Of a DNA stretch of 64,000 nt, positions 10,113 to 19,804 are shown one piece after another (position 1 is the first letter of the stretch; each line of letters begins with the position of its first letter). Both the position numbers and the translations under genes were made by a program. Source of the DNA: a bacterium (GTDB lineage Bacteria > Zhuqueibacterota > Zhuqueibacteria > Residuimicrobiales > Krinioviventaceae); the NCBI GenBank assembly GCA_963693055.1, contig OY843751.1:6336001-6400000 (forward strand). The letters are read 5' to 3'. Below the pieces are notes generated by a model, which was not told the DNA's origin, searched no databases, and worked only from the letters and a program-made list of their open reading frames with translations.

Positions 10113-11801
10113 ATGAAAATTTTAAAACTATTTTTGCTGATAATTTTATTAACGGGTTGTGCAAAGCAGGGGTATCCCCCTGGTGGACCTGTGGACAAGC
10201 GTCCCCCGTTGATTTTGAATACCTATCCACCGGCTGACACAACCCAAATTGCGGTTGATACTCAGGTGATGATCGAGTTTAGTGAAGCGGTAGATCCGCA
10301 GTCCTGTCAGGAATCAATATTTATTACACCGTTTCCGGGTGAGAATATTCAATATAAATGGAAAAAGGGTCGTCAGCTATTTATCACATTTCCGGGACCG
10401 TTGGCAGAGAATCGGACCTATGTAATAACCGTGGGAACCGGGACCCAGGACCGGCGCAATAACAAGATGCGTTCTTCGTATTCGCTTGCCTTTTCAACAG
10501 GTCCGGTATTGGATATTGCTTCTATTGGTGGTAATGTATATGCATCCGGGAAAACACCTGTTCAGGGTACTCAAATTTGGGCTTATGATCTGGAAGAAGT
10601 TCCAGAACCTAATCCTTCGGTAGATTTCCCACTATATATTACCCAGGTGGGTGAAGATGGTGAATATGATCTTTCATACATGGCTTTTGGACATTATCGT
10701 TTACTTGCAATCAAAGACCGGGATATGAACAACAAGTATGATACAGAGTATGATATGCTGGGAGTCAGCTTTAATGATGTAATATTGTCAGAAACCATTC
10801 CTTCAATTGATGGATTTGATTTCAGAATTGCACTTGAAGATACTACTGCCCCCATTTTGAGAAGTGCCGGTGCATTGGACCAAAATCATGTTGATGTTCG
10901 ATTTTCGGAAAACATGCGAACTGACAGCCTGTCTAGCTTGAACAACTATCTACTCTTTAATCCTGTTGATACGTTGACAATTCTGGATGCCTTTCCCGAT
11001 GCGTCTACTCCATTTTTGGTGCATTTAACTACCTCGGAACAGATTTCGGATAGTATGTATTTTGTCAAGGTTGAGCACGCTATGGATCTTGCCGGACATT
11101 TGCTTGGGCCGGATACATTGAATGTGAATTTTAAGGGCAGTACAGTCCCGGATACAACGGGTCCTTATTATGTCAGCATGATTCCGGCGGACAGTTCAAA
11201 GAATGTAATGATAGATACAACCATAACACTTTTGTTCAGTGAAATAATGGACAGGCAATCTGTTGAGAAATGTCTGGTAGTTGCAGATACCCTGGGTGAT
11301 ACCTTGTCTGGCACATTTAACTGGCTGCATGGCGCAAGTATAGAGTTTGAACCGGATGTGCCTATGGAGCCTGAAACTTTTTATTGGGTAACATTGCCAG
11401 TTGATTCAACGGTTAAAGATTTTTTTGGTAATCCTTTGGCTGATACATTGGTGCAAAAGCGGTTTAATTCAATTAATCCCGATACATTGAGTGAAATTGC
11501 GGGAACCGTTCGGGATGCAGACACATCGGCAACCGGACGTTTCCAGATTACCGCGCAGATGATTAATGGACCGGAAAAGACGTTGTGGATTGATGGAGAA
11601 GGTGATTATCGTTTTACTGAACTGATGCCGGGAGCCTATGTATTGTCGCTGTTCAGGGATGAAGATGATAATAATGTTTACAGCAAAGGAAGGGCCTTTC
11701 CTTATCAGGCTGCTGAACGTTTTTATATTTTCCCGGATACAATAAAGATCCGGTCAAGATGGCCAGATGAAGGCGAAAATATAACATTGCCAAATTTCTA
11801 G
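10113..11801 (+). CDS. Lipoprotein with bacterial Ig-like (Big_5) domains
   Basis: Lipobox LTGC, CA..GYPPGGPVDKRPP, repeated FSE motifs. Confidence 0.8.
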   Translation: MKILKLFLLIILLTGCAKQGYPPGGPVDKRPPLILNTYPPADTTQIAVDTQVMIEFSEAVDPQSCQESIFITPFPGENIQYKWKKGRQLFITFPGPLAENRTYVITVGTGTQDRRNNKMRSSYSLAFSTGPVLDIASIGGNVYASGKTPVQGTQIWAYDLEEVPEPNPSVDFPLYITQVGEDGEYDLSYMAFGHYRLLAIKDRDMNNKYDTEYDMLGVSFNDVILSETIPSIDGFDFRIALEDTTAPILRSAGALDQNHVDVRFSENMRTDSLSSLNNYLLFNPVDTLTILDAFPDASTPFLVHLTTSEQISDSMYFVKVEHAMDLAGHLLGPDTLNVNFKGSTVPDTTGPYYVSMIPADSSKNVMIDTTITLLFSEIMDRQSVEKCLVVADTLGDTLSGTFNWLHGASIEFEPDVPMEPETFYWVTLPVDSTVKDFFGNPLADTLVQKRFNSINPDTLSEIAGTVRDADTSATGRFQITAQMINGPEKTLWIDGEGDYRFTELMPGAYVLSLFRDEDDNNVYSKGRAFPYQAAERFYIFPDTIKIRSRWPDEGENITLPNF

Positions 11802-12154
11802 TCTACGTCGTCAAACATGGATACTACCCGGCCGCCATTTTGAGATTTGGGTTTGTCTTTTATTGCTGATTTTTCTTCATTGGGTTGTGCGGGTTCAGCT
11901 TCTTCAGGTGTTTCTACACGTTCAATGCGTACCGGATTTTGATTCATGGTAAAATTGGCGCCGTGCATCTGGTTGTCATCTAAAATCCAGGTTGCGGTTT
12001 GTAATGGAACAGATAATACCAGAAAATTCATTTGCCACCATCCTTTTTTAACATCAGGAGATACGTCTTCTACTCTGGCAAAAAAAGAAGGTTCGTCATG
12101 AAAGTAAATAAGAATAACTTCACCCGGATGGAACATGTTTTTGTAGAAAGGCAT
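11798..12154 (-). CDS. Hypothetical protein, predicted beta-rich
   Basis: GEVILIYF..EPSFFARVE..GWWQ..WILD; ATG 12154 with AGGAG RBS. Confidence 0.65.
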   Translation of the reverse strand: MPFYKNMFHPGEVILIYFHDEPSFFARVEDVSPDVKKGWWQMNFLVLSVPLQTATWILDDNQMHGANFTMNQNPVRIERVETPEEAEPAQPNEEKSAIKDKPKSQNGGRVVSMFDDVD

Positions 12155-12303
12155 AATAACTCCTGTGTAATGGTCGCAATTCGTTCTGATAATATAAAAA
12201 AAATCTTGCAAAAGTTGAACATTATTTATAATATAAATTACTTAAATAAGGCCTTCACGAATTATCGATGGAGGTATTTTTTTGTCTATTAAAGTGTGTA
12301 CAT

Positions 12304-12861
12304 ATGAATCCAAAAATTAAAGCTAAAGTTATTGATGCAGAAGGATTACAGCGTACAATTGTTCGCCTGGCTCACGAGATTATAGAGCGGAACAAGGGTG
12401 TTGATAATGTTGTAATCGTTGGTATTCAAACCAGGGGTGCAACCATTGCCACCCGTCTGGTAAACAAAATTGAAGAAATTGAGGGTAAAAAGGTACCTCT
12501 GGGTATTTTGGATATTACCCTGTATAGGGATGATTTTAGAAAAAGAATGAAACAGCCGGTTGTGCAGGTTACCCGAATTCCGTTTGAGATCAATGATGTT
12601 CAGGTTGTGCTGGTGGATGATGTCATGTTTACCGGTAGAACATCGCGAGCTGCGCTTGACGCGCTGATGGATTTTGGGCGTCCCTCAAGTATTCAACTCG
12701 CCGTATTGGTTGACCGGGGGCACAGAGAGTTACCCATTCAACCGGATTATACCGGCAAGATGATACTGACATCTATTGGAGAAGAAATTCAAGTGCGTTT
12801 AAAAGAGGATGATACAGAAGACAGTGTATACCTGGTTGAGGCGCCAAAGGAGGAAGTTTAA
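12304..12861 (+). CDS. pyrR: Bifunctional pyr regulator / uracil phosphoribosyltransferase
   Basis: LDITLYRDD, VLVDDVMFTGRT, LVDRGHRELPI. Confidence 0.97.
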   Translation: MNPKIKAKVIDAEGLQRTIVRLAHEIIERNKGVDNVVIVGIQTRGATIATRLVNKIEEIEGKKVPLGILDITLYRDDFRKRMKQPVVQVTRIPFEINDVQVVLVDDVMFTGRTSRAALDALMDFGRPSSIQLAVLVDRGHRELPIQPDYTGKMILTSIGEEIQVRLKEDDTEDSVYLVEAPKEEV

Positions 12862-13796
12862 TGTCATTATCCATTTCCCATTTGTTAGGGTTGGAGGGAG
12901 TGCCAAAATCAGATATTAAGCTAATTCTGGATACGGCAGAATCATTCAAAGAAATCCTGAGTCGTGATATCCCCAAAGTCCCAACATTACGTGGCAAAAC
13001 CGTACTTAATTTCTTTTATGAGCCTTCAACCCGTACACGTATTTCATTCGAACTCGCAGAAAAAAGACTCTCGGCAGATACGGTTAACTTTTCCAGTTCT
13101 ACCAGTTCTGTAAAAAAGGGAGAAACTCTGCGCGATACTATTCGTAACATTGAAGCCATGAATATAGATATGGTCGTTGTGAGGCATTCAACACCCGGTG
13201 TGCCGTTATTTCTTACCCAGTGTGTGGATTCGGCAATTATTAATGCAGGTGATGGTATGCATGAGCATCCTACACAGGCCCTGCTTGATATGTTGTCTTT
13301 GCGGGAAAAGTTTGGCTCCCTTGAAGGCCTAAAGGTTGCAATTGTTGGAGATATTACTCATGGTCGCGTGGCAACATCCAATATTTTTGGACTCAAAGCC
13401 ATGGGTGCCGAAGTTATGGTCTGCGGGCCCAAAACGTTGATACCGAACAGTATTGAAGATCTGGGTGTTACCGTCTCTTATAGCATCGATGAAGCAATCG
13501 AATGGGCAGACGCGTTGAATGTATTGAGAATTCAACTTGAACGACAAGACGCGGGATTGTTTCCCTCAATCCGTGAATATCATTCCGAGTTTGGCGTAAC
13601 CAGAAAACGTCTTGAAAATGCGAAAAAGGATATCGCAATTATGCACCCGGGTCCCATAAACCGGGGAGTGGAATTGGATAGTGATGTGGCAGATTCCGAT
13701 TTTTCATTGATACTGCAGCAGGTAACCAATGGTGTAGCTGTTAGAATGGCGGTTTTGTTGCTGCTGAGTGGTGTAGAAACATCGGCTATAAATTAA
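12861..13796 (+). CDS. pyrB: Aspartate carbamoyltransferase catalytic subunit
   Basis: FYEPSTRTRISFE, NAGDG.HEHPTQ, MHPGPINRGVE. Confidence 0.98.
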   Translation: MSLSISHLLGLEGVPKSDIKLILDTAESFKEILSRDIPKVPTLRGKTVLNFFYEPSTRTRISFELAEKRLSADTVNFSSSTSSVKKGETLRDTIRNIEAMNIDMVVVRHSTPGVPLFLTQCVDSAIINAGDGMHEHPTQALLDMLSLREKFGSLEGLKVAIVGDITHGRVATSNIFGLKAMGAEVMVCGPKTLIPNSIEDLGVTVSYSIDEAIEWADALNVLRIQLERQDAGLFPSIREYHSEFGVTRKRLENAKKDIAIMHPGPINRGVELDSDVADSDFSLILQQVTNGVAVRMAVLLLLSGVETSAIN

Positions 13797-13804
13797 AGGA
13801 TCAT

Positions 13805-15094
13805 GTGTTGATAAATAAAGCAAAACAGGTATTGATAGCTGGCGGATCGGTTTTTGATCCGGTTAGTGGTAAAAGTGAAAAAGCAGATGTATTGATTATA
13901 GATGGTGTTATTAAAGAAATCGGCAAGCTTGACAACTCTAGTTTTAAAGGCGAGCTGGTATCTGCAGAGGAGTGTTTGATTACCCCCGGTTTGATCGATA
14001 TACACGCACACCTGCGCGAACCTGGTCATGAAGACAGAGAAACCCTGGCCAATGCCTGTGAGGCAGCTATGGTGGGTGGTTTTACAGAAGTTTGTTCTAT
14101 GGCAGATACTGATCCGGTTTGCGATAAACAGCAGATTGTAGAATTTATCAAGAAACAGGTAAAAGACGAACTTGTTGAGGTGTATCCCATTGCTGCGATT
14201 ACCAAAAAATGTCAGGGAGTAGAGATAACAGAGATGGCAGAGCTCAAGCGGGCAGGCGCTGTTGCTGTATCTGATGATGAGCATCCTGTGTTGAATTCAG
14301 CGGTAATGCGCAGGGCCATGGAGTATGCAAGTATGTTTGATCTGCCGGTTATGGACCATTGTGAAGATACCGGGTTGACGCATCGAGGACAAATTAATGA
14401 AAGTATCATGTCTACACGTTTGGGATTTCTTCCCATGCCAAATGCGGCAGAAGAGATTTTGGTTTCACGAGACATAAGGCTTGCAGAATTGACAGGCGCC
14501 CGTGTGCACCTGACAAAGATCAGTACCGCGGTTTCTGTAGATATGGTTAGGCAGGCAAAAGCGGCAGGAGTGGATATTACCTGTGATGTTACCGCACATA
14601 ATTTGGTATATTCGGATGAAGACCTGGCTACATTTGATTCAAATCTAAAGGTGAATCCACCCATGCGCAGACCCAATGATGTTAAAGCATTGATCGCCGG
14701 AGTAGCCGATGGTACAATTGATGCTATTGTGACAGACCACTCTCCGTATGCGCTGGAAGAGATTGATGTGGAATTTGATGCGGCACCTTTTGGTATGATT
14801 GGTTTGGAAACGCATTTGAGTTTGTTGATAACCCATCTTGTAAAACCGGGATTGTTGAACCTGCAGCAGGTATTGAATGCTTTGACGGTTCAGCCCCGAA
14901 AAATTTTAAAAATTGAACAAGCAGTAATCAAAGCCGGAAGCAAAGCAAATTTGACGGTTCTGGATCTTGATGGAGAACGGACCATCAAACGGGAGTCGCT
15001 AAAATCTCTGGCGCAAAACACCCCATTAGACGGTCAAACGCTAAAGGGAGTGGTAAAATGTGTTGTAAACAAGGGGAAAGTAGCAAATTTTTGA
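13805..15094 (+). CDS. pyrC: Dihydroorotase family protein (multifunctional-complex type) with substituted active-site residues
   Basis: PGLIDIHAHLREPG, SDD, DHCED, KVNPP, TDHSP; directly follows pyrB. Confidence 0.85.
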   Translation: MLINKAKQVLIAGGSVFDPVSGKSEKADVLIIDGVIKEIGKLDNSSFKGELVSAEECLITPGLIDIHAHLREPGHEDRETLANACEAAMVGGFTEVCSMADTDPVCDKQQIVEFIKKQVKDELVEVYPIAAITKKCQGVEITEMAELKRAGAVAVSDDEHPVLNSAVMRRAMEYASMFDLPVMDHCEDTGLTHRGQINESIMSTRLGFLPMPNAAEEILVSRDIRLAELTGARVHLTKISTAVSVDMVRQAKAAGVDITCDVTAHNLVYSDEDLATFDSNLKVNPPMRRPNDVKALIAGVADGTIDAIVTDHSPYALEEIDVEFDAAPFGMIGLETHLSLLITHLVKPGLLNLQQVLNALTVQPRKILKIEQAVIKAGSKANLTVLDLDGERTIKRESLKSLAQNTPLDGQTLKGVVKCVVNKGKVANF

Positions 15095-15210
15095 AAAAAT
15101 ACTGCCTTAAAAGCACTTCCACACCAGTCTTGTTTTGATTTTTCTTGCATATTTATTTTTTTTTGTGTAACTTCTTCGTCTGTGTAACAATTAAAATGGG
15201 AGATTTAACG

Positions 15211-15639
15211 TTGAAGACCTATTCACCAAAGCCGGGGGACATAGATCGAAAATGGTACGTCATTGATGCGGAGGGGCTCGTATTAGGACGTGTTGCCAGT
15301 AAAGTGGCAAATGTATTGCGCGGTAAGCACAAACCCATCTGGGCACCACATATGGATGTAGGTGATTTTGTGGTAATCGTAAATGCTGACAAAATACGGG
15401 TAACCGGAAGAAAAGCAGAACAGAAACTGTATTATCGTCATTCCGGATATCCCGGTGGTTTGAAAGAAACCTCTTATCAGACCATGATACAAAAGAAACC
15501 AGAGTTTGTTCTGCATGAAGCTGTTCGCGGTATGCTTCCTCATAACCGTTTGGGCCGCAAAATGTTGAAAAAGCTGAAAATTTATGCAGATGCAGAGCAT
15601 CCGCATCAGGCACAAACTCCGGAACCAATGTCTTTGTAA
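15211..15639 (+). CDS. rplM: 50S ribosomal protein L13
   Basis: [31 protein letters not shown]; TTG start at 15211 after GGGAGA. Confidence 0.98.
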   Translation: MKTYSPKPGDIDRKWYVIDAEGLVLGRVASKVANVLRGKHKPIWAPHMDVGDFVVIVNADKIRVTGRKAEQKLYYRHSGYPGGLKETSYQTMIQKKPEFVLHEAVRGMLPHNRLGRKMLKKLKIYADAEHPHQAQTPEPMSL

Positions 15640-15673
15640 AATTACCTAAACGATCGGATTTTTAGGAGCAATA

Positions 15674-16066
15674 ATGAAAGAAAACTATTATTACGCAACC
15701 GGTAGAAGAAAAAATGCTATTGCACGTGTATATCTTACACCGGGAAGCGGAAAATTTACCGTTAACAATCGCGAGTTGATGGATTATGTGAGACGTGATA
15801 CCTTGCGCATGATCGTAGAACAACCCCTCGAAGTAACGGAAAATTTGGGCAAATATGACATTAAAGCCTTTGTAAATGGCGGCGGATTAAGCGGTCAGGC
15901 AGGAGCTTTGTTGTTAGGCATTGCACGTGCACTTGTTAAAACTAATGAAGATTTACGTTCTCCTTTACGTCGTCATGGATTTTTGACACGTGATCCGAGA
16001 ATGGTTGAACGTAAGAAATACGGACAACCGGGCGCAAGAAAACGCTTCCAGTTCTCAAAACGTTAA
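15674..16066 (+). CDS. rpsI: 30S ribosomal protein S9
   Basis: [40 protein letters not shown]. Confidence 0.99.
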   Translation: MKENYYYATGRRKNAIARVYLTPGSGKFTVNNRELMDYVRRDTLRMIVEQPLEVTENLGKYDIKAFVNGGGLSGQAGALLLGIARALVKTNEDLRSPLRRHGFLTRDPRMVERKKYGQPGARKRFQFSKR

Positions 16067-16075
16067 TCTTTATAT

Positions 16076-16142
16076 CACACACATTTTCCCAATTGGGGTG
16101 TTATATACCGATGCACAATGGGAAAATGGAGGAAAAAACCCC
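16076..16142 (+). ncRNA. rpsB 5' leader (t44 / S2 autogenous-control-type RNA)
   Basis: CACAC start; 10-bp stem CATTTTCCCA(16082-91)/TGGGAAAATG(16119-28); internal GGGGT(16095-99) complementary to ACCCC(16138-42) after GGAGG. Confidence 0.75.
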
Positions 16143-16161
16143 AAAAGAGAGGTGTTAAATT

Positions 16162-16929
16162 ATGGCTAAAGTGCAAATACAAGACCTGCTGTTAGCAGGA
16201 TGTCATTTTGGGCATTTGACCCGCCGTTGGAACCCGAAAATGAAGCAATTCATTTTTATGGAACGGAATGGCATTCATATAATCGATTTGAAAAAATCTC
16301 TGGCAATGTTAGAGACCGCCTGTGATGAGCTTAAAGATATTGTGAGCAAAGGCGGAGAAGTCTTGTTGGTTGGAACGAAAAAACAAGCAAAAGATATTAT
16401 AAAGTTGGAAGCCGAACGTTGTAACATGCCTTATGTTACAGAACGTTGGTTAGGTGGAACCCTTACCAATTTCATTACCATCAAAAAGAGTGTAAAACGC
16501 TTAAAAAACCTTGAGAAAAAAGCCATTGATGGTACCTATGACAAACTTGCTAAAAAAGAAATTTTGTCAATTGAACGCGAAAAAGAAAAACTCAATACTG
16601 TTTTAGGTGGTATTCGTGAAATGAACCATCTTCCCGTTGCAATGTTTATTGTAGACGCTAAAAAAGAGAGTATTGCATTAAAAGAAGCTATCAAACTGGG
16701 AATACCGGTATTTGCTATTATTGATACCAACACAGACCCTGATCCCATTGACTTTCCCATTCCCTGTAATGATGACGCGTTCAAGTCCATCAACCTGGTT
16801 ACCCATACAATAGTTGATGCTATTATTGAAGGCAAAGCTGGTCAACAGGAACAGCAGGCAATTGCTGAATCTGAAGCTTCGGAAAAAGAATACGCCAAAG
16901 CTGAAGAAACAGGTAAAGTAGAAGAATAA
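16162..16929 (+). CDS. rpsB: 30S ribosomal protein S2
   Basis: GCHFGH.TRRWNPKM, RWLGGTLTN, DTNTDP, PCNDD. Confidence 0.99.
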   Translation: MAKVQIQDLLLAGCHFGHLTRRWNPKMKQFIFMERNGIHIIDLKKSLAMLETACDELKDIVSKGGEVLLVGTKKQAKDIIKLEAERCNMPYVTERWLGGTLTNFITIKKSVKRLKNLEKKAIDGTYDKLAKKEILSIEREKEKLNTVLGGIREMNHLPVAMFIVDAKKESIALKEAIKLGIPVFAIIDTNTDPDPIDFPIPCNDDAFKSINLVTHTIVDAIIEGKAGQQEQQAIAESEASEKEYAKAEETGKVEE

Positions 16930-16982
16930 GACCCTATTTTATAATAGAGTTGTTAAGAAATTAATTTCAAGGAGAATTAATC

Positions 16983-17576
16983 ATGGCCATTTCGGCTTCG
17001 GATGTGAAAGCATTACGTGAAAAAACTGGCGCCGGCATGATGGATTGTAAAAAAGCGCTGGCTGAAAATGATGGTAATATAGAAAAAGCAATAGATTATT
17101 TGAGAAAAAAAGGTCTGCAAAAAGCTGAGAAAAAAGCAAGCAGAGACGCCAAAGAAGGTATTATTCAATCTTATATCCATCCTGGAAGTAGATTGGGTGT
17201 AATGGTTGAAATTAATTGTGAAACTGACTTTGTAGCACGTAACGATGATTTTCTTGAATTTGCCAAAGATGTTGCAATGCATATTGCAGCGGCAAAACCA
17301 TTGGTTGTTACCCGTGAAGAAGTTTCTCAGGAATTGATTGACAAAGAATTGGAAATCTATCGCGGACAGGCACGTGAACAGGGTAAACCGGAAAATATCA
17401 TTGAAAGAATGGTAACCGGCAAGATGGACAAGTTTTATCAGGAAAACTGCTTACTTGAGCAGCCTTTTGTTAAAGATCCTGACAAAACAATCAAAGACCT
17501 GTTGACCGGCGCAGTTGCAAAACTTGGGGAAAATATTGTAATTGCAAGATTTGTCCGTTTTCAATTAGGTGAATAA
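16983..17576 (+). CDS. tsf: Elongation factor Ts (short 197-aa form)
   Basis: [26 protein letters not shown]. Confidence 0.99.
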   Translation: MAISASDVKALREKTGAGMMDCKKALAENDGNIEKAIDYLRKKGLQKAEKKASRDAKEGIIQSYIHPGSRLGVMVEINCETDFVARNDDFLEFAKDVAMHIAAAKPLVVTREEVSQELIDKELEIYRGQAREQGKPENIIERMVTGKMDKFYQENCLLEQPFVKDPDKTIKDLLTGAVAKLGENIVIARFVRFQLGE

Positions 17577-17582
17577 ATTATC

Positions 17583-17614
17583 AAGAGCAAAGAGTTATCT
17601 TTGCTCTTTTTTTT
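17583..17614 (+). terminator. Intrinsic terminator after tsf
   Basis: AAGAGCAAAGA-gtta-TCTTTGCTCTT running into a T tract. Confidence 0.85.
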
Positions 17615-17647
17615 AACTATAGTGTAATAAAATCAGGAAATAGTATT

Positions 17648-18373
17648 CTGTCAGATAAACCGATATACAAACGAATATTGTTAAAGCTCAGCGGTGAGGC
17701 TCTTATGGGAGACTCAAAAAAGCTGGGAATTGATCCTGCGACTGTAGACCAGATCTGTAGGGATATAAGCGAGATTTATCATATGGGTGTACAGATTGGG
17801 ATCATAGTAGGTGGTGGAAATATCTTCAGAGGTCTTTCTGCAAGTGCCCGTGGAATGGACCGGGTTTCAGCCGATTATATGGGAATGCTTGCCACAGTGA
17901 TTAATTCTCTGGCTTTGCAGGATTATCTGGAACGTTACGATATTGAAACCCGTGTAATGACCGCCATTAAAATGGAAGAACTGGCCGAACCCTTTATTCG
18001 CAGAAGAGCTGTTGCACATCTTGCAAATAATAAAGTTGTAATTTTTGGTGCCGGTACAGGAAATCCTTATTTCACTACTGATACGGCAGCTGCTCTGCGT
18101 GCTATTGAAATAGAGGCAGATGCTATATTAAAAGCAACACAAGTTGACGGTGTTTATGATAAAGATCCGCAAAAGCATGATGATGCTGTCAAATTTGAAG
18201 AATTGACATATATGGATGTAGTTCAAAAACGTTTACGTGTTATGGATACTACAGCCGTTACATTATGTATGGAAAACAATTTACCGATTCAGGTATTTAA
18301 ATTAAAAGAGCCAGGTAATTTGAAAAAAGTTATCTATGGCGAAAAAATTGGAACCAAAGTTATTGGTGAGTAA
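17648..18373 (+). CDS. pyrH: UMP kinase (probable CTG start)
   Basis: [40 protein letters not shown]; the conserved N-terminus lies upstream of the track's TTG at 17678. Confidence 0.95.
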   Translation: MSDKPIYKRILLKLSGEALMGDSKKLGIDPATVDQICRDISEIYHMGVQIGIIVGGGNIFRGLSASARGMDRVSADYMGMLATVINSLALQDYLERYDIETRVMTAIKMEELAEPFIRRRAVAHLANNKVVIFGAGTGNPYFTTDTAAALRAIEIEADAILKATQVDGVYDKDPQKHDDAVKFEELTYMDVVQKRLRVMDTTAVTLCMENNLPIQVFKLKEPGNLKKVIYGEKIGTKVIGE

Positions 18374-18374
18374 A

Positions 18375-18932
18375 ATGATTGATTCGACCAAAAATGAAGC
18401 AAAGAAAAAAATGGAACTTGCTGTTGAAAGTGTACGTGGTGATTTTGTTAAACTACGTACCGGCAAGGCTACTCCTGCACTTCTTGATGGCATTCAGGTA
18501 GAGTACTATGGAAGCAATGTACCCTTGAAGCAAGTTGCCAATGTAAGTGCACCAGAACCCCGATTGCTGGTTGTTCAACCATGGGAAAAAAATCTTATTT
18601 CTGAAATTGAGAAATCAATACTGAAATCTGATTTGGGCTTTAATCCTACAAATGATGGTATTGTGATTCGTATTCCAATTCCACAACTCACGGAAGAACG
18701 CAGGCAGGCAATGGTAAAACTGGCAAAAAAAGCGGGCGAAGATGGCAAGATTGCAATCCGCAACATCCGCCGCGATGCTAATGAGAAATTGAAAAAGTCT
18801 CAAAAAGCCAGTGACATCTCTGAAGATGAAATGCATACCGCTCAGGAAGAAGTACAAAAATTAACCGATGATTTTGTTAAAAAAATCGACGAGTTGGTTG
18901 TCATTAAAGAAAAAGAGATTTTAGAAATCTAG
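18375..18932 (+). CDS. frr: Ribosome recycling factor
   Basis: LRTGKA, YYGS.VPL.QVA, PQLTEERR, IRNIRRDAN. Confidence 0.98.
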   Translation: MIDSTKNEAKKKMELAVESVRGDFVKLRTGKATPALLDGIQVEYYGSNVPLKQVANVSAPEPRLLVVQPWEKNLISEIEKSILKSDLGFNPTNDGIVIRIPIPQLTEERRQAMVKLAKKAGEDGKIAIRNIRRDANEKLKKSQKASDISEDEMHTAQEEVQKLTDDFVKKIDELVVIKEKEILEI

Positions 18933-18959
18933 TTTATCGTTCAAAATGATTGTATTTAG

Positions 18960-19000
18960 ACCGCTGTTATTGTATTTTATAATACATCAGCGGTTTTTTT
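18960..19000 (+). terminator. Intrinsic terminator after frr
   Basis: ACCGCTG..TGTATT/AATACA..CAGCGGT followed by T7. Confidence 0.75.
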
Positions 19001-19006
19001 ATTTAT

Positions 19007-19780
19007 ATGGGAAAATTTATGAAAGCTGAATATGATGGTTTTGCATCGTTTTATGATTTGGAATATGGTCATAAAAATGATGATATAGAGTTTTATCTGC
19101 ATGTTGCACGAGAGATTGGCGGGCCCATTCTTGAAATTGGTGCCGGCACAGGACGTTTAACACTACCCCTGGCGCAGGAAGGTCATTCTATATGGGGTAT
19201 TGATAATTCTGGTAAAATGCTTGAAAAAGCAGAAGAGAAAAAACAGACCTTACCCGGACATGTAATTCCTGAAATCCATTTTGAGCAACAGGATATGCGG
19301 GAATTTAGTCTTGATCAAACTTTTAATCTTTGCATTATTCCCTTTCGGGCTTTTTTGCACAATTTGAATATTGATGATCAGCTCAAAACGCTTGACCGGA
19401 TTTATGAACATATGGAGCCCAACGGGATTTTGGCCTTTGATTTATTTGTTCCATTATATAGTATGCTGGCTAAAACACAGTGGCAGGATTCCTTTGCGCC
19501 CGAAGAATTGGCTGATCCCAAGGCTGGTGTTTCAATCTCTACGCAGGTTGATCATGATCCGGTAGAGCAGTTGTTGACCATTAACAATACCTATCGGGTA
19601 AATGATAAAGTTGAAGAACAGGTTATGAAATATAGGTATATTTTTAGATATGAAATGGAACTTTTATTAAATATGGCCGGTTTTACAGTTGAACAAGTTT
19701 ATGGAGGCTTTGAGGGCCAGGAATATGACTTTAACAGTGGATTAATGATAGTCACTGCAAGCAAACAAGATGAATCCTAA
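19007..19780 (+). CDS. Class I SAM-dependent methyltransferase
   Basis: ILEIGAGTGR, GIDNS..ML, QDMREF. Confidence 0.9.
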   Translation: MGKFMKAEYDGFASFYDLEYGHKNDDIEFYLHVAREIGGPILEIGAGTGRLTLPLAQEGHSIWGIDNSGKMLEKAEEKKQTLPGHVIPEIHFEQQDMREFSLDQTFNLCIIPFRAFLHNLNIDDQLKTLDRIYEHMEPNGILAFDLFVPLYSMLAKTQWQDSFAPEELADPKAGVSISTQVDHDPVEQLLTINNTYRVNDKVEEQVMKYRYIFRYEMELLLNMAGFTVEQVYGGFEGQEYDFNSGLMIVTASKQDES

Positions 19781-19804
19781 TTATAACCGGACCAGGAAGC
19801 GGCA

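Noticed and set aside
16983-17576. Short EF-Ts as a truncation
   Set aside because: EF-Ts of about 200 aa is a known natural form, and this one ends with the normal RFVRF.LGE motif.
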